From: Klebsormidium nitens
Taxonomy: Eukaryota > Plantae > Klebsormidiophyceae
Assembly (NCBI GenBank): GCA_000708835.1
Contig: DF237552.1
Coordinates: forward strand, 1 to 52,976
Direction of reading: 5' to 3'
DNA: 52,976 bases
In this document: one piece after another, positions 1 through 11,527 of the stretch
Layout: each line of letters starts with the position of its first letter
Position numbering within the stretch: position 1 is the stretch's first letter
Notes under the pieces: generated by a model
What the model was told of the DNA's origin: nothing
Seen by the model: only the letters and a program-made list of their open reading frames with translations
The model's database searches: none
Position numbers and translations under genes: made by a program

Positions 1-77
1 AATCAGAATACCTACCCCGCTGCCACTTCAAAGTGACGGTACCCTAATTCGCGGCTCCAGAGTCCAGTCCCCGTCGA

Positions 78-131
78 TCGGTTACCACCCGGGGTACCGT
101 AGCAGGAAACGCGGACCCGGGTGGTGACCGA
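78..131. repeat. Inverted repeat in a palindrome-rich segment upstream of tatC
   Basis: TCGGTTACCACCCGGG (78-93) versus CCCGGGTGGTGACCGA (116-131): 15/16 complementary, with a 22-nt spacer. Confidence 0.8.
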
Positions 132-1103
132 CCAGTGTCCGCTATGGCCCCGGGGTTGTCAAAGCCCGGTACCAACTACCTACGTAGTTTAACAGTTAAC
201 CTTGACCGACTCGGAGGCCCATGCAGGCCCAGCCCCGTGGGGACCCACTAGGTGGTGGCGTGCAGGGGGAGGAAATTCGCGACGCTGCAGCCTGGGCCTC
301 TGTAGGGCGGTCCTGGCGCGGTACCACATGCGCGTCGCTCAATAAAACGAAGAAGCTGCTGCAGTGCAAGCTTGAGGCCGCTCCTGGTCATGCTGCGGCT
401 GTGGCTGCAACTGCAATTCCGTGACCACTGTTCCAGGTGAGCAGGATTGAGCGGCTATAGTGCTTGTATTTTTCCCAAGCCTAAGGGCTTTTTCCTGCTC
501 TGAGGTTCTGCAACGTGTTATACAAGTATTTGGCTGGTCCACTGTGGCTGTAATGTGAAGCTAGGTTGAGGACTTTGTTCTTGTACCTGCTGTTGTCAGT
601 ATTGCATGGTGCAGCAAATGGTTGTTGATTGGCAGAAGCGCTTTTGTCAATTGACTCGTTGACTTTGGCTTCTTAGCAAGTGTTGATGGTCTGTGGGTTC
701 TCAACTGGACTTTATGATGGGCCGGTTTTAATCGACGTTGCATCGGTGCGTAGGCGTCAAGTTTTGGCTCTCCTTCTGCTTTTTGCTGAATCGTGGAAAT
801 TCAGGCTCTGCAGAAATATCCATGAAACAGGGTACGCAATTCCAGCAACGCCCCATAAGTGGGGCAGCTTTATCATTTAGCTCTGATGGTTGTGCTTGCA
901 GCGGCCATCTTTCTCCTTTAGCAGGGGTTGAAGCGGACAATACTGGAACAAGTTCTGAGCTTTTGTGAGATATTTGTCCACTCTTTTGACTTGTGCAGCC
1001 CCTAGATGTAAAGGGTTCAAGCGATCTTGTGGTGGTTGCAGTATGCCCCAGCATTGCGACACAGCCTGTGATGTTGCTATCGTGCTCCTGCAGTCTCTAG
1101 AGT

Positions 1104-4100
1104 ATGGCGTCTACATCGTTGCTCGGAGCTCATCGCGCGGGTGCCTGCTTCTCGGGGGTGCTGGACATTGGTAGAGGCCATCATCGCTCCACAGCATTGC
1201 GAGCGGCGCCTGTTCTATCAAAGCAGCAGTCAGGAAGGAGGGAACACTGGCATTGCGCCACTTCATGCTCAGCACGTTTTAGGCTGATAGAAAGCAATGA
1301 CGAACAAGAAGGCCCAAAGCTTACAGGCACTGGGGCAAGGGGGGCGGCGAGCAAGCTGCCAAGGACCAGGCGGGTGTTGCGGCATGTCGTACATGCTATT
1401 GCTGATGAGGAGCTGAACCAGAGTTCCAGACAGGCCCATGACGAGGAGGCGACAGGTAGGCCTCTCCTTGGCTTTGCTACAGGTCAGATGGTGCAATGCT
1501 GAGCGGAGTCGCTGCCTAGAGAGCTGATAGGAGTACAGCACAGGGAGAATCATGTAGAACAGCATGGCAGCTTCTGTACACTTTTGCCTTCCAAAATTGC
1601 GCTTGCTAGTTGACGTTGAGAGATTATTTCTTTCAGACAGTTCCAGGTCGATGTGGAGGACTGCTTCTGTGTGCCATCACTTTTTCCTTCAAGACATGAC
1701 TATGCGCTTATGCTGGAGATTCCACCGATCAATGTTGGCGCCACTGCTCTTTGGTGTCTGACCCGTAGTGGCCTCGTCTCCTGGTTATCCATGGTCCTCC
1801 CCTCTTCTGCTTGACAAAGATGGGTCTCTGTATGCAGTGGCCCCCTCGTCCAGCGATGCTGTTGATGCTGACGCTGCCGCCTCGCCCTCAGGGCTAGGAA
1901 GCAGTCCCGCTCACGTGGACGCAGCAGAGACTTCTCACGAAAACGGGGTATCAGGTGAGAACACCCCAAAAGTCCTCCTTCAAACGGTTGGCCTTGAGGG
2001 CCCCCTGCGGCAGGCCGGACCCACATGGGCCAGGTTCCTGGTGCAAGCGGAACATCTTAAGCCTTGTGGCTGCACCTGTGCATTCCTGTGCACTGGGTTC
2101 TTTGCACGTCAACGATTCTGAGGACTGCAGCCTGGTGGTAAGGTTTTCATGCATGAACAGCTCCGTGAGCATACAGGCACGGGCGCAGCAATTGCCCTTC
2201 TAGGGTGTGCCACTTGTTTGTTGGGCCACTGATTTGGTCCATTTATCAGATGCGATTCTACAAGACCGCAGATGGCAGATCGGCTGCAACCCCAGCGCGG
2301 GGCCACAGTGACACAAACAAACCTTGCCAGTAGGGAATGTCTGCTGCACAGCGGCTGAATGGCCGGAAAAGGCGTTTGATGTCCTTTTCAGGGGCTTTCG
2401 AGTATTCTTCTTGCGAAGGACTCGGTGGTACGCTGGCGAATTGTTGTCTTGCACTGCTTCCATGGGCGTCACTCGGGTGCGGCACCGCCTGTCTGACGTG
2501 CCCCCTCCCCTGCAGATGGTGCGCGCTCGGTGGCGGCGTCTGCTGCGGAGGTGGTGGCGGGCGGCGAGGCGCTGCCCCCCGACTTTTGGGAGGACACGTA
2601 CCTGCCGGCCACCACGCGGCGCGACCTGGAGGAGGCGTCCCCGCTGCAGAGCTTCCTGTTCCCCGACCCGACGGAGCTGCCAGACGATGTGGAGATGAGC
2701 GTGTGGGACCACCTGGAGGAGCTGCGGCAGCGCGTCTTTGTCAGCGTGGGCGCGGTGGGCGCCGCCATTGCGGGCTGCTTCTGCTACGCCAACCAGCTGG
2801 TGCAGGTCCTGGAGGCGCCCGTCGCATCCACCGGCGTGCGCTTCCTGCAGCTCTCCCCGGGGGAGTACTTCTTCGTCACCCTCAAGGTGGGGCCACCCCC
2901 CTTCTGCCTCGCAGCCCGTGCACAGCTCTTGACCTGTACTCCTATCGCTGCTCCAGTGCCTGCCCCAGCGGGTCTCGACCAGGGAGGGCGGTATGGAAAT
3001 CAGCTTACAGAAATGACTCTCGGGTTTCGGCTCTCGGGAAAGTCCGGGTTCAAGAAACAACCATAGGGGGTTCAGTTCTACCCTGTGACGGAACCCCTCT
3101 TGCAGAGTCTGCGGGTTTCTTGCAGGCGCCCGCTTATAGGTCATTCAAAACTATTTTAGCAGCTTGATGCAAATCAAGGGCTTAACCTTTCTTGTTCACG
3201 TCCGGCAGAGTCGTACAGGTGTATCGGTTCCGAGATGAGGGATGTTTCTAAAATCTCGGATTTTGTCCGCTGTGCTCCATACCCGCCCTCCCAGGCTCTG
3301 CTGTATCCACCCCTGTCGTGCTGGCGCTGTGTTGCTCGCCAGGTGGCCGGCTACTCGGGCCTGCTGCTGGGCAGCCCCGTCATTGTGTACGAGATCATCG
3401 CGTTCGTGCTGCCCGGGCTGACGCGCAGCGAGCGCCGCTTCCTGGGCCCCATCGTGCTGGGCAGCAGCGTGCTGTTCTACGCTGGGCTGGCCTTCTCGTA
3501 CAACGTGCTGGTGCCGGCCGCGCTCAACTTCTTTGTGACGTACGCGGAGAACGTGGTGGAGTCCATCTGGTCCATCGACCAGTACTTCGAGTTCGTGCTC
3601 GTCCTCCTCTTCAGTACCGGCCTCGCCTTCCAGGTAAAGCCCGCCTCGCGCGTTTTGACCTGGCGACGTGTCCTGGACGGTCATCGCTCTTTGCCCTCGC
3701 TGTGTCAGTCTTGGGAGCGGGGCGGAAGTTGAAGCCGCTCCTTCGCTGTGTGGCCGACCTGCCCCCTCTCCTTCACGTTTGATGGGGCGTCTATGCTTCG
3801 TCCTCGTTGTCACTCCTCCTAAGCACGCCTCAAACTTGCTCATACCGCCCATTGCTGAAGCCTGCCAAGATCATTGCCAAGATTGTTGCCTGCCGGCACA
3901 TCAGCCTAGAATTTGTACCCTGCTATGTCGATTATGCGGCCAGGCAGCTAAGTCTCGTCTCCTCTGAGCTTCTCACATGAGGAAGAGAGTACGAAGGCCC
4001 TCTAATCTACATAGCCTTCACTTGTTTGACACAAGGTTTCCTGCTTCACCCCGTCCCTCCTTCGCCTCGTCCGTGTGCTCTTGTTCCCTGGCTTGACGTG

Positions 4101-4349
4101 TGGCCCTGGCGCGCGCGCGTGCAGGTGCCGGTGATCCAGCTGCTGCTGGGCAGCACGGGCCTGTTCACCTCGGAGCAGATGTTCAGCATCTGGAAGTACG
4201 TTGTCGTGGGCGCCGTTGTGGCCGCAGCCGTGCTCACGCCGTCCACGGACCCCCTGACGCAGATGCTATTGGCAGGTCCGCTGATTGCATTGTACTTCGG
4301 GGGGGCTGCCGCGGTGAGGTTCACAGAAAAAGCGAAAGGAGCGGGTTGA
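1104..4349 (+). CDS. tatC: Chloroplast twin-arginine translocase subunit cpTatC, 5 coding exons
   Basis: Exons 1104-1455, 1838-1954, 2516-2886, 3343-3633 and 4125-4349 join with GT-AG ends and matching phases (about 451 aa). TatC motifs: [83 protein letters not shown]. The N-terminus is Ser/Arg/Ala-rich like a transit peptide. Confidence 0.93.
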
Positions 4350-5005
4350 GATGAGGAATTGGACGCTATTGTACCATTTTTGGAATTGAACGAGTGCGAA
4401 TGGAAATAGTATGCCTCGTTACATTGAATCGGGGAACAAGCAGATAAGCTGAGCCCCATGCAAAAACGGATCTCGGGTTATAAACGTTGATCGCTTAAAG
4501 TTCACCTTGAGATGTCTAAGCTGATCATGTACGGTTGTGCAATGCGCTTTACGAGGTCGATTCTTGCTTTTAAAATTCTGTGACATACATGCATGGCGCT
4601 ATATTAAGTTGTGAGCTAGGCGGCTTACATGCAAGGCAGTCGACTAGATTGGTGATCATTCATTGCTTGCACAATATGTTAGTTGGCAGGCCGGCTATAC
4701 TAGCTGCAAACTCAATGGCATGCACACGACCGGACCGTCCAATTGATTCTACTCTTTGATTCAATCATGTACTAGGTAGATATGATCAGCATATTTTCGG
4801 CAAAACTAGTGCATTTGCTTCCTCCATGCACGTACGCTCGCGACTTTAGTACGTGAGTGACGCGCGGCATGTACACGTGGCGCCACATACGTTGATGCAT
4901 GTGTCGTGAGTACAGCTGTACGTAGTTGCTTGATCGAGTCGAAGCTACATCACCATATGTCACATATATTGACAAACATATCGTCGACCATGCTGCATAT
5001 GATCG

Positions 5006-5025
5006 ATAGTCCTTCGAAGGACTAT
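5006..5025. repeat. Perfect 20-bp palindrome
   Basis: ATAGTCCTTCGAAGGACTAT is its own reverse complement. Confidence 0.95.
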
Positions 5026-5299
5026 TCTGAGGCCCGCCGTTGCGCGCACTGGCATGACGTATGATCGAGACAGTCGAGATTGATGTTAATTTATATTCGA
5101 TAAGTTGCATATGCCATGAATTGCGTACTGAAGTCAGGCATGGCCGTGCATGTTCGACGCGCCTGGATTCCTCTATGTACTGTCTTACACAATGTACAAA
5201 AGCAGTTTCTTGAGAATTGCACCAGGCTTAGCACTCACTATGAATGGGACCTTGCAATGTTTTCAAATTATCAGAGCACTTTGACAAGATCAACCGCTG

Positions 5300-7421
5300 T
5301 CAAGAAGGACCCTCCTCATTTTCTGAGTCCTCGTCGTCATCGTCTTTGTAGTCTTGTAAGCCGAGGAGCCCGCTCTGTACTGTCTGCTCCCGTAGAGCTT
5401 GTCCGTCCTTTTCCAGTTCGCCCCGAACTTGTCTCAGGCTTCCAGTATCAACCTGTTCCGCTTTGAGCTTCTTTGGTTGCGGCTTAAGCTTGACCATGCT
5501 CGCTAGCACAGCAAGTGGCTTCTCTGCTGGACGCTTGACCATTTTCACGGGTTCACCACCCTGCATTGAGGCCATGATCCTGTAAGGAATCCCTCACAAG
5601 TGTATTCTTAAATCAGCACTCACGTGTTCGTGTATTCTCGTCACGTACATGCATCTGACGAGTAGCCAATCCAGTTCGTAGCGTTTTGGCTTACCTTCAA
5701 ACTCCGCTGCTTTTGAACAGGAGTGATCTCTGTTCCGAGTTGCTTCTCTAAAAGTGCAGCCTGCATCGGCAAAGGTCAGTCCTTTGGTGATACTTACTGC
5801 ACCAAGACAAAATGCATGTCCTGCTAGAAGTTGATTGTAAAAGGAATGCGACTTTGCGCAAATCGTGCATCAGCACCTTATGTCTGCATTTTCCATGAAA
5901 ACAAATCGTGGGCCTTACCCTTATCCTACTTCTAAGAGTTCATTCCACTTTTCTTCTGCCCCAAGTCGCATCCCGAGAGAACACTTCAAAAAGAGTCGGT
6001 TCTAAACCAGTTCGCTTGCATGTTTGATGATGTTGTAGCCCTGGGTTTCGAGTTCTTGTTCTAGATTCTTCACCTGAAAAGAAGCCAGCTCTTGTGCCTC
6101 AGCATCACGCTGAAGCTTCTCTTGTTCGCGTTGGTGCTGCACGAAAGAATAGCGCTCCTCAAAACCTTGGCCACAGGTGTCACAACCCTCAAGACAGAGT
6201 TCGTACCTACCAAAAGCTCTGTTTCGATGCTTTCTCACACTGACACATGTTTGAAAGCCAGTTTTAAAACAACCAGAGATGGGAACGTTTTATTGCGTGG
6301 GCACGCTTGCTTGCCCGTAGTGGTGCCTCACCAGGTCCACCGCGTCCAGGAAGTGCACCTCGTCCTCGTCCAGGGCTTTCTGGGTCTCTGGAAAAGATAG
6401 CTTCTCAGGAGCAAACAACAATGGATAACGACACATGACAAGGCCAAGCTTGCATGTCCAGTTTGGGAAGCTATCTCCAGCACTAGCATGAGAGACCCAG
6501 AGACTATTCGATTGCGTATTATCGACAGAGTGGAGGGACTCCAGCACTGCTTGTCTGTGTAAAAATAAGCAGTACCATGCCAAGAGGACGATACTGCGCG
6601 ACAGCGCTTGACTCACTGTGCCGATGCTTCTCCGTCCACTCTGCGTCCTTGACCTCCTTGTTGGCTTTCAAAATCTGCCAATCGCGCAAAACAGTCACTC
6701 CAATTATCAAGTGGCAACACGATATGACCTGTCCGAGGGGCTTGTGCATATGAAGGCTGACTCTACCATGTGTGAGGTCTGAACAGGGGGGCTCCAGAGC
6801 TGGCCTGGGTGTGGCCCCTTCTCTAAGTTTGAACAACACTGTCAATCACACCCTCTGAAGCTGGGCCACATGTGCCTCTCCTGCCCCCCCGGTCAGTGCA
6901 TCCGCTGCGGCTCCTGCTGGCCCCTGGCTGTGCTGGCAAATGGCGCAAATGGCGCAGCGCACGTACCTCCCACAGCGGCTTGTCCACAGCGACAGTCCCA
7001 TCCTCGGGGCGCCCCCCTCGCGCCGCCTTCAGCTCGTCCAGCTGCAGGCAGGCCCGGGGGTGAGGTGCTGAGGGGAACTGTCTCTCAATGACAAGCTGCC
7101 GTGTTTTACTGCTCTTCCCAATGCTTAGACGAGTGGCACAGCACTTCCGTCCTAGTAATCACAGTATTCTGGCAGGCCTTTGCTTCATACAAGTATGGAG
7201 ACTTCACTAGTGACAGCCACTCAACACTTCATGATGGTGCACTTGTATCCAATGCAAGCCTGACTTGGACATTTTTAACGTGCTTGCTGGGTCTAGACTT
7301 GACGATGTCATGACCCCACATCCGCACAGAGCAAAGCAGCGTGCTTGAACATTTCCTCACCTGCTGCATTGCTTACCTGCTTCTCTGAGACAAAATTCAT
7401 CATACGGCCTTCGTCGCCCAT
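5300..7421 (-). CDS. FAM192A: FAM192A/PIP30 (NIP30, PSME3-interacting protein) homologue, about 7 exons
   Basis: Phase-consistent exons: 7421-7377 MGDEGRMMNFVSEKQ; 7041-6967 LDELKAARGGRPEDGTVAVDKPLWE; 6674-6617 ILKANKEVKDAEWTEKHRH; 6387-6332 KTQKALDEDEVHFLDAVDL; 6136-6074 HQREQEKLQRDAEAQELASFQ; about 5755-5690; 5560-5300 with an acidic tail. FVSE..., (G)LDEDE.FLD.V and the acidic C-terminus match the NIP30 family as I recall it. Confidence 0.85.
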
Positions 7422-8177
7422 CTTGCCACCTTCTTGTCAGACGCAATCCAACTTCATAGCATTCTTGCAATGAGCAATGTCCACATCTTGGTTACGGCCA
7501 CACCACAGCGGCATTATTCAACCGAAGAGCTGCCCAACCCTCATTGGGTGGCTGCCCAACCACGTAGTCAACTGGATGTTCCAGAGAGGTGAAGCCGTGG
7601 CACTGGTCCGGCAGTGATGGTTCGTCGTGTCCTCACTGCGCTCGAGCAAACTTGAAAGCAGCCGAACTTCTCTACCTGCACTGGCCACAGACCTTCTAGA
7701 GCTGTCAGTGTAAGATTATAGCAGAAGATCTTTGGAGAAGAGTTGCCCGGGGCCGGAGCTTGCGGACGCAGCCTCGCTGCCTCAGCCTCGCGGAGGTTTC
7801 TCAATCGCCAGCCCGAAGCACTACCTAATACCGGTAGGGTTGTTCCGTGTGCTGAGCGAAGCTTGACGAACAACCGGGTATACCCTGTAGTCTGTGACAT
7901 AATAGGGTTTGTACGTTGACGGTTTGTGAGGTCGTGCAACCGGGTATTTGATTAAATACTGTGGCTGCACAAAGATGTAGTAGTTATACCATGAGAGCTC
8001 GGCGATATCGATGGTTCGCGTCGAACGAGAGCTGATATTCACCCGAGGGCGGAGCCCCGAGGGGGATATCAAGCTCGAGGTCGACAAGAAACCTTCGATA
8101 TCCACGAGCTCGAATGGTATAACTCGCTTATCGCTTAGTCCGGACACTGCATCGGCGTCGAACCTGCTTAGAGTTTT

Positions 8178-8209
8178 CTGATATACCCCTCCGCGGCGGG
8201 GTATATCAG
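8178..8209. repeat. Perfect 12-bp-stem hairpin
   Basis: CTGATATACCCC-TCCGCGGC-GGGGTATATCAG. Confidence 0.9.
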
Positions 8210-8697
8210 CGATATCTCCCTGCCACGTGATTCGACTTCGAAACATTTGTGATGGCTCCCGGCAAAATGGCTGAGCGAAAAACCCGGACGGGCGATAAAG
8301 GGTTTAATAATACCTAGTACCGTAGTAACGCCCCAGGCATACTCCTAGGTTTCCAGTTGATAAGGCTCCCCGGTAATCTCAGACAGTGCTCGGTGAACGA
8401 TATACGGTAGGTACTTTCGACTGCCTCTTGCTGCATGCGCGTGCAGCGAGGTGCGCGAGTGCCGGCCTTGAAGTTGCGGCTCGGACTTTTCTTCTTCAGT
8501 CCAGCTCTGGCAGTCTGCAGGGCACCGGCATTGCTTCCGTTGCCCTGCCAATTGGCACATGGAAAGGGCAGCCATTGGGATTAGGGCGCTCTGAAGTTTG
8601 CAAGTACGAGGAGCATGGTGTTGGAGGTTAAGCGGGGGGCCTGCGCTTGTTTTACCGCTTGCTAGGAGACCTCTAAGAGATAATACAGTCTCCCACT

Positions 8698-11527
8698 ATG
8701 GCGAACTGGCCGCCCCCGTATATGCTGCAAGGTGCGCCCTCCATTTCCTCTGCTGTTGGGGCGCAATCTGCAGCGTCCGTCCTGGCTGGCGGGGACCACC
8801 AGCCATCCTCGTCCGTGACCAGCCCCAGTGCGCGCAGCAGCCGCGCGCCCTCCGTAGGCCCTGCCCCTGCCCCTTCACTCTCATCGCACGCCCCCGCCAA
8901 CTCGTCCGCCTCCGCAGGCTCCATAGAGGCGAGCGCAGCCAGCACGATCAGGCCCCCCTCCGCAAAGAGGAAACGAAAAGAGGCGGCTCCTAAGCCAGAG
9001 AAGCGCTTGGCAAGGTGAGAATCTAGGGTTCTGAGCGAGTGCAGGGTAATTCTGATCAGTGGGTACAAATATGAGCTGCCCTCTGTGCATGATAGCTACC
9101 AGCAAGGCACTCACAATTCAGCACCAGTCATATCCAAAAGAGGAATCTAGGGTTTGGAGAAAGTGCAGGGCCATGATCAGTGGTTATCTCAATGAGGTGT
9201 TTTGCAGCACTAAGTCATCGCCACTCGGCTTCCCCAGGCCCTGATTGCATGCATGCACTTGTTGACCCCCAATTTAGGCCCTAGTGACCTAGACTAGGTG
9301 TGGGCATGATGGCAGCACTGCCGGGCCTGGCTGTGGCCCCCGCAGGGCAATGCAGCCAACTGCTTTTGGGAGCAAACCAGCATGGTGACCCTCTCACACA
9401 GCCATGCCACCCCGCATTGTGAGTGTAGAAGGATTGAAAGGAACAACTCCCGGGGGGGTAAATGAGGAACATGTTTGTCTCTCATGAACACAGCTGTCAG
9501 CTCTCCCATCTATAGACCTGGGGGCTGTCATCATTTGATGGATCACGTGATATGCATGCTGGGCCCCGGCTGGACCGCGCTGGCCATGCTGGGGGCTTGC
9601 CCCCTGCCCCTGTGCTCAGGCATGTGCCCCCCCTGCGCTGGCAGGTATGTATCGAGCCCCAACATGAAGGTCCTGGAGAAGATGCAGCGCGCCTTTACGC
9701 ACCGCCTCTACCTCATCGAGCGTGTCGGGCCTGATGGCAGCGAGGCGCGAGTTGACTACCGCGTGCTGGGCGCCACTGGGAATGTGTATACAGTCACTCT
9801 GGCGCGGCAGCCAAGGTTTGTTCACTAACATGCTGCTGTGCCCATTTTAGGATCGCAATTAAGAGGGCACCGCCAGTCCCTGGCCCACAGGTTTGCTAAA
9901 TTGGTCCTTTAACCAACTATTGGTGTTTTACCATGTTGCGTCCGTGAGTACTTCTGATGGGTTTGTTCTGCGCTCCGCTAGCAAGGCCGTCGTCCTGCGT
10001 CTACCTCTGGTTTGTCAGACAGTACAGGATGGTCCTTTGCCATGTGCCGTAGCAAGCGCTGCCTCTTGGCCGCTTGTAAGCTTGCCTGTGTAGGCTGGCA
10101 CACAGCACTCCTTCGCAAGACGGCGACAGGGTGATCTCTCCCCCCCGCGTGTGTGCGCCTGCAGCTGCACCTGCCCCGACGCGGCCAAGGGCAACACGTG
10201 CAAGCACTGGCTGTTTGTGGTGCTGCGCGTGCTCAAGCTGCCGCGCGACGACCCGCGCGTCTGGCAGAAGGCGCTCCTCTCCACGGAGCTGGCTGACCTA
10301 CTGGACAAGGACAAGGCCGCCTGTGACGAGACTGCCGCCGCAGGTGAGCCCAGCCTGCCACCCCCGCGACTGCAGCCAGCCCTGGGCAGGTCCAATGATA
10401 CCCAGCGATGGTATTTGGCGTTGATCGTGAAGTTGTTGGGCGCAGCGGGTCGGAAAGCCGGGCCTGTAGTGCCGGGACTATTCTGATCTGAGGCAAGTTG
10501 TTGAGTCCATAGGCATGTAAGAAGAGGCACAAGGTAGGAGATCACTTTCGACCTGCTCAAGGAAAACTGCTGTGGGTCACCAGAGAGCCACTTGGCTTTC
10601 AAGGGCTTGCCCGCGCCCTCTGGTGGCGCAGCAGCCAGTACGGTCTCCCTCCACAAGCGTCTGTACAGCGCAGTGCCCAGGGCCGCCTGGCGCACCCGGT
10701 GGCGCTGCCACACTGGCTGCCTGCCATGCCGCCAGGCTGGACCGCAATGGTCCCCTACACCTGCTCTGGCGTCCCCCTGTGCACCGCCAAACTCTGAATG
10801 GCGCCCCCGTTCACCCTTCCCGGTTGTAGGCGTGGTGGCGAGCGACCTAGTGCGGCGGCGGTATCACGAGGTGGTGGGCACCAGCGAGGGCGCCAAGGAG
10901 CACGCGGAGGAGCTGCTGGGCAGCGTGCAGCGGCCGCTGGAGGGCGACTGCCCCATCTGCTTTGAGGAGCTGTCCCCCGAGGGCCGCCCCGGGGAGCCCG
11001 TCGTGTTCTGCCACACGTGTGGCAACAACATCCACCGCGACTGCTTTGCGCGCTGGAGCCAGAGCAAACCCAAGGGCCAGGTGCGTGGCCCCAACCCGGC
11101 GCACCAGAAATTTTCTCAATGCAAGGGCCGCCAGGACTGAGACCGCAGCACAAGGTCGCTTTGAGATCGTTATGCTGGTGGTTTTCCTTGCCTGCTCTGG
11201 TGCGGTTGGTTCCACAGCAGCCTCCTACTGCATGTCCGGATGACAACCTCGACGGCTCTGGCTGCTCGTCCTTGGCCGGGGGCTGCCTCACCCGTGCCTG
11301 AGTCCCTGCTACCCTGGCAGGTGACGTGTGTGTACTGCCGCTCCAAGTGGGCAGCGGAGGGCGGCCTTCCTGCGGACGGCGGGGCGCCCGCTGCGGAGGG
11401 TGGCTATGTGAACCTGGCCGCCTTCAGTAACGACCACCAGGACGTGTCTATGGAGTCGCTGTACCCCGCCACGTACGAGTGGATTGGTAGGCCGCGCGGG
11501 GGGAGGCGAAGTTGGGGGTATAGGTAG
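8698..11527 (+). CDS. SWIM zinc finger + RING finger protein (ZSWIM2/MEKK1-related domain pair; probable E3 ubiquitin ligase)
   Basis: Exons 8698-9014, 9645-9815, 10165-10343, 10830-11080 and 11321-11527 are in phase. SWIM motif CTCPD...CKH follows GATGNVYTVTL. RING motif CPICFEE...CHTCGNNIHRDCFARW...TCVYCRSKW. Confidence 0.86.

Noticed and set aside
5330-5353. FLAG tag as evidence of an engineered construct
   Set aside because: The last residue is E rather than K, there is no linker or vector sequence, and it sits in the family's natural acidic tail. Kept only as a natural-mimic finding.
6002-6238. C2H2-like CDTCGQGFEERYSFVQH zinc finger
   Set aside because: It lacks the second His. The Cys part is intronic read-through upstream of the FAM192A exon at 6136-6074.
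7101-7313. MYND-like FYCSSQCLDEWH motif
   Set aside because: It is preceded by an in-frame stop, has no N-terminal Cys pairs and lies antisense within a FAM192A intron.
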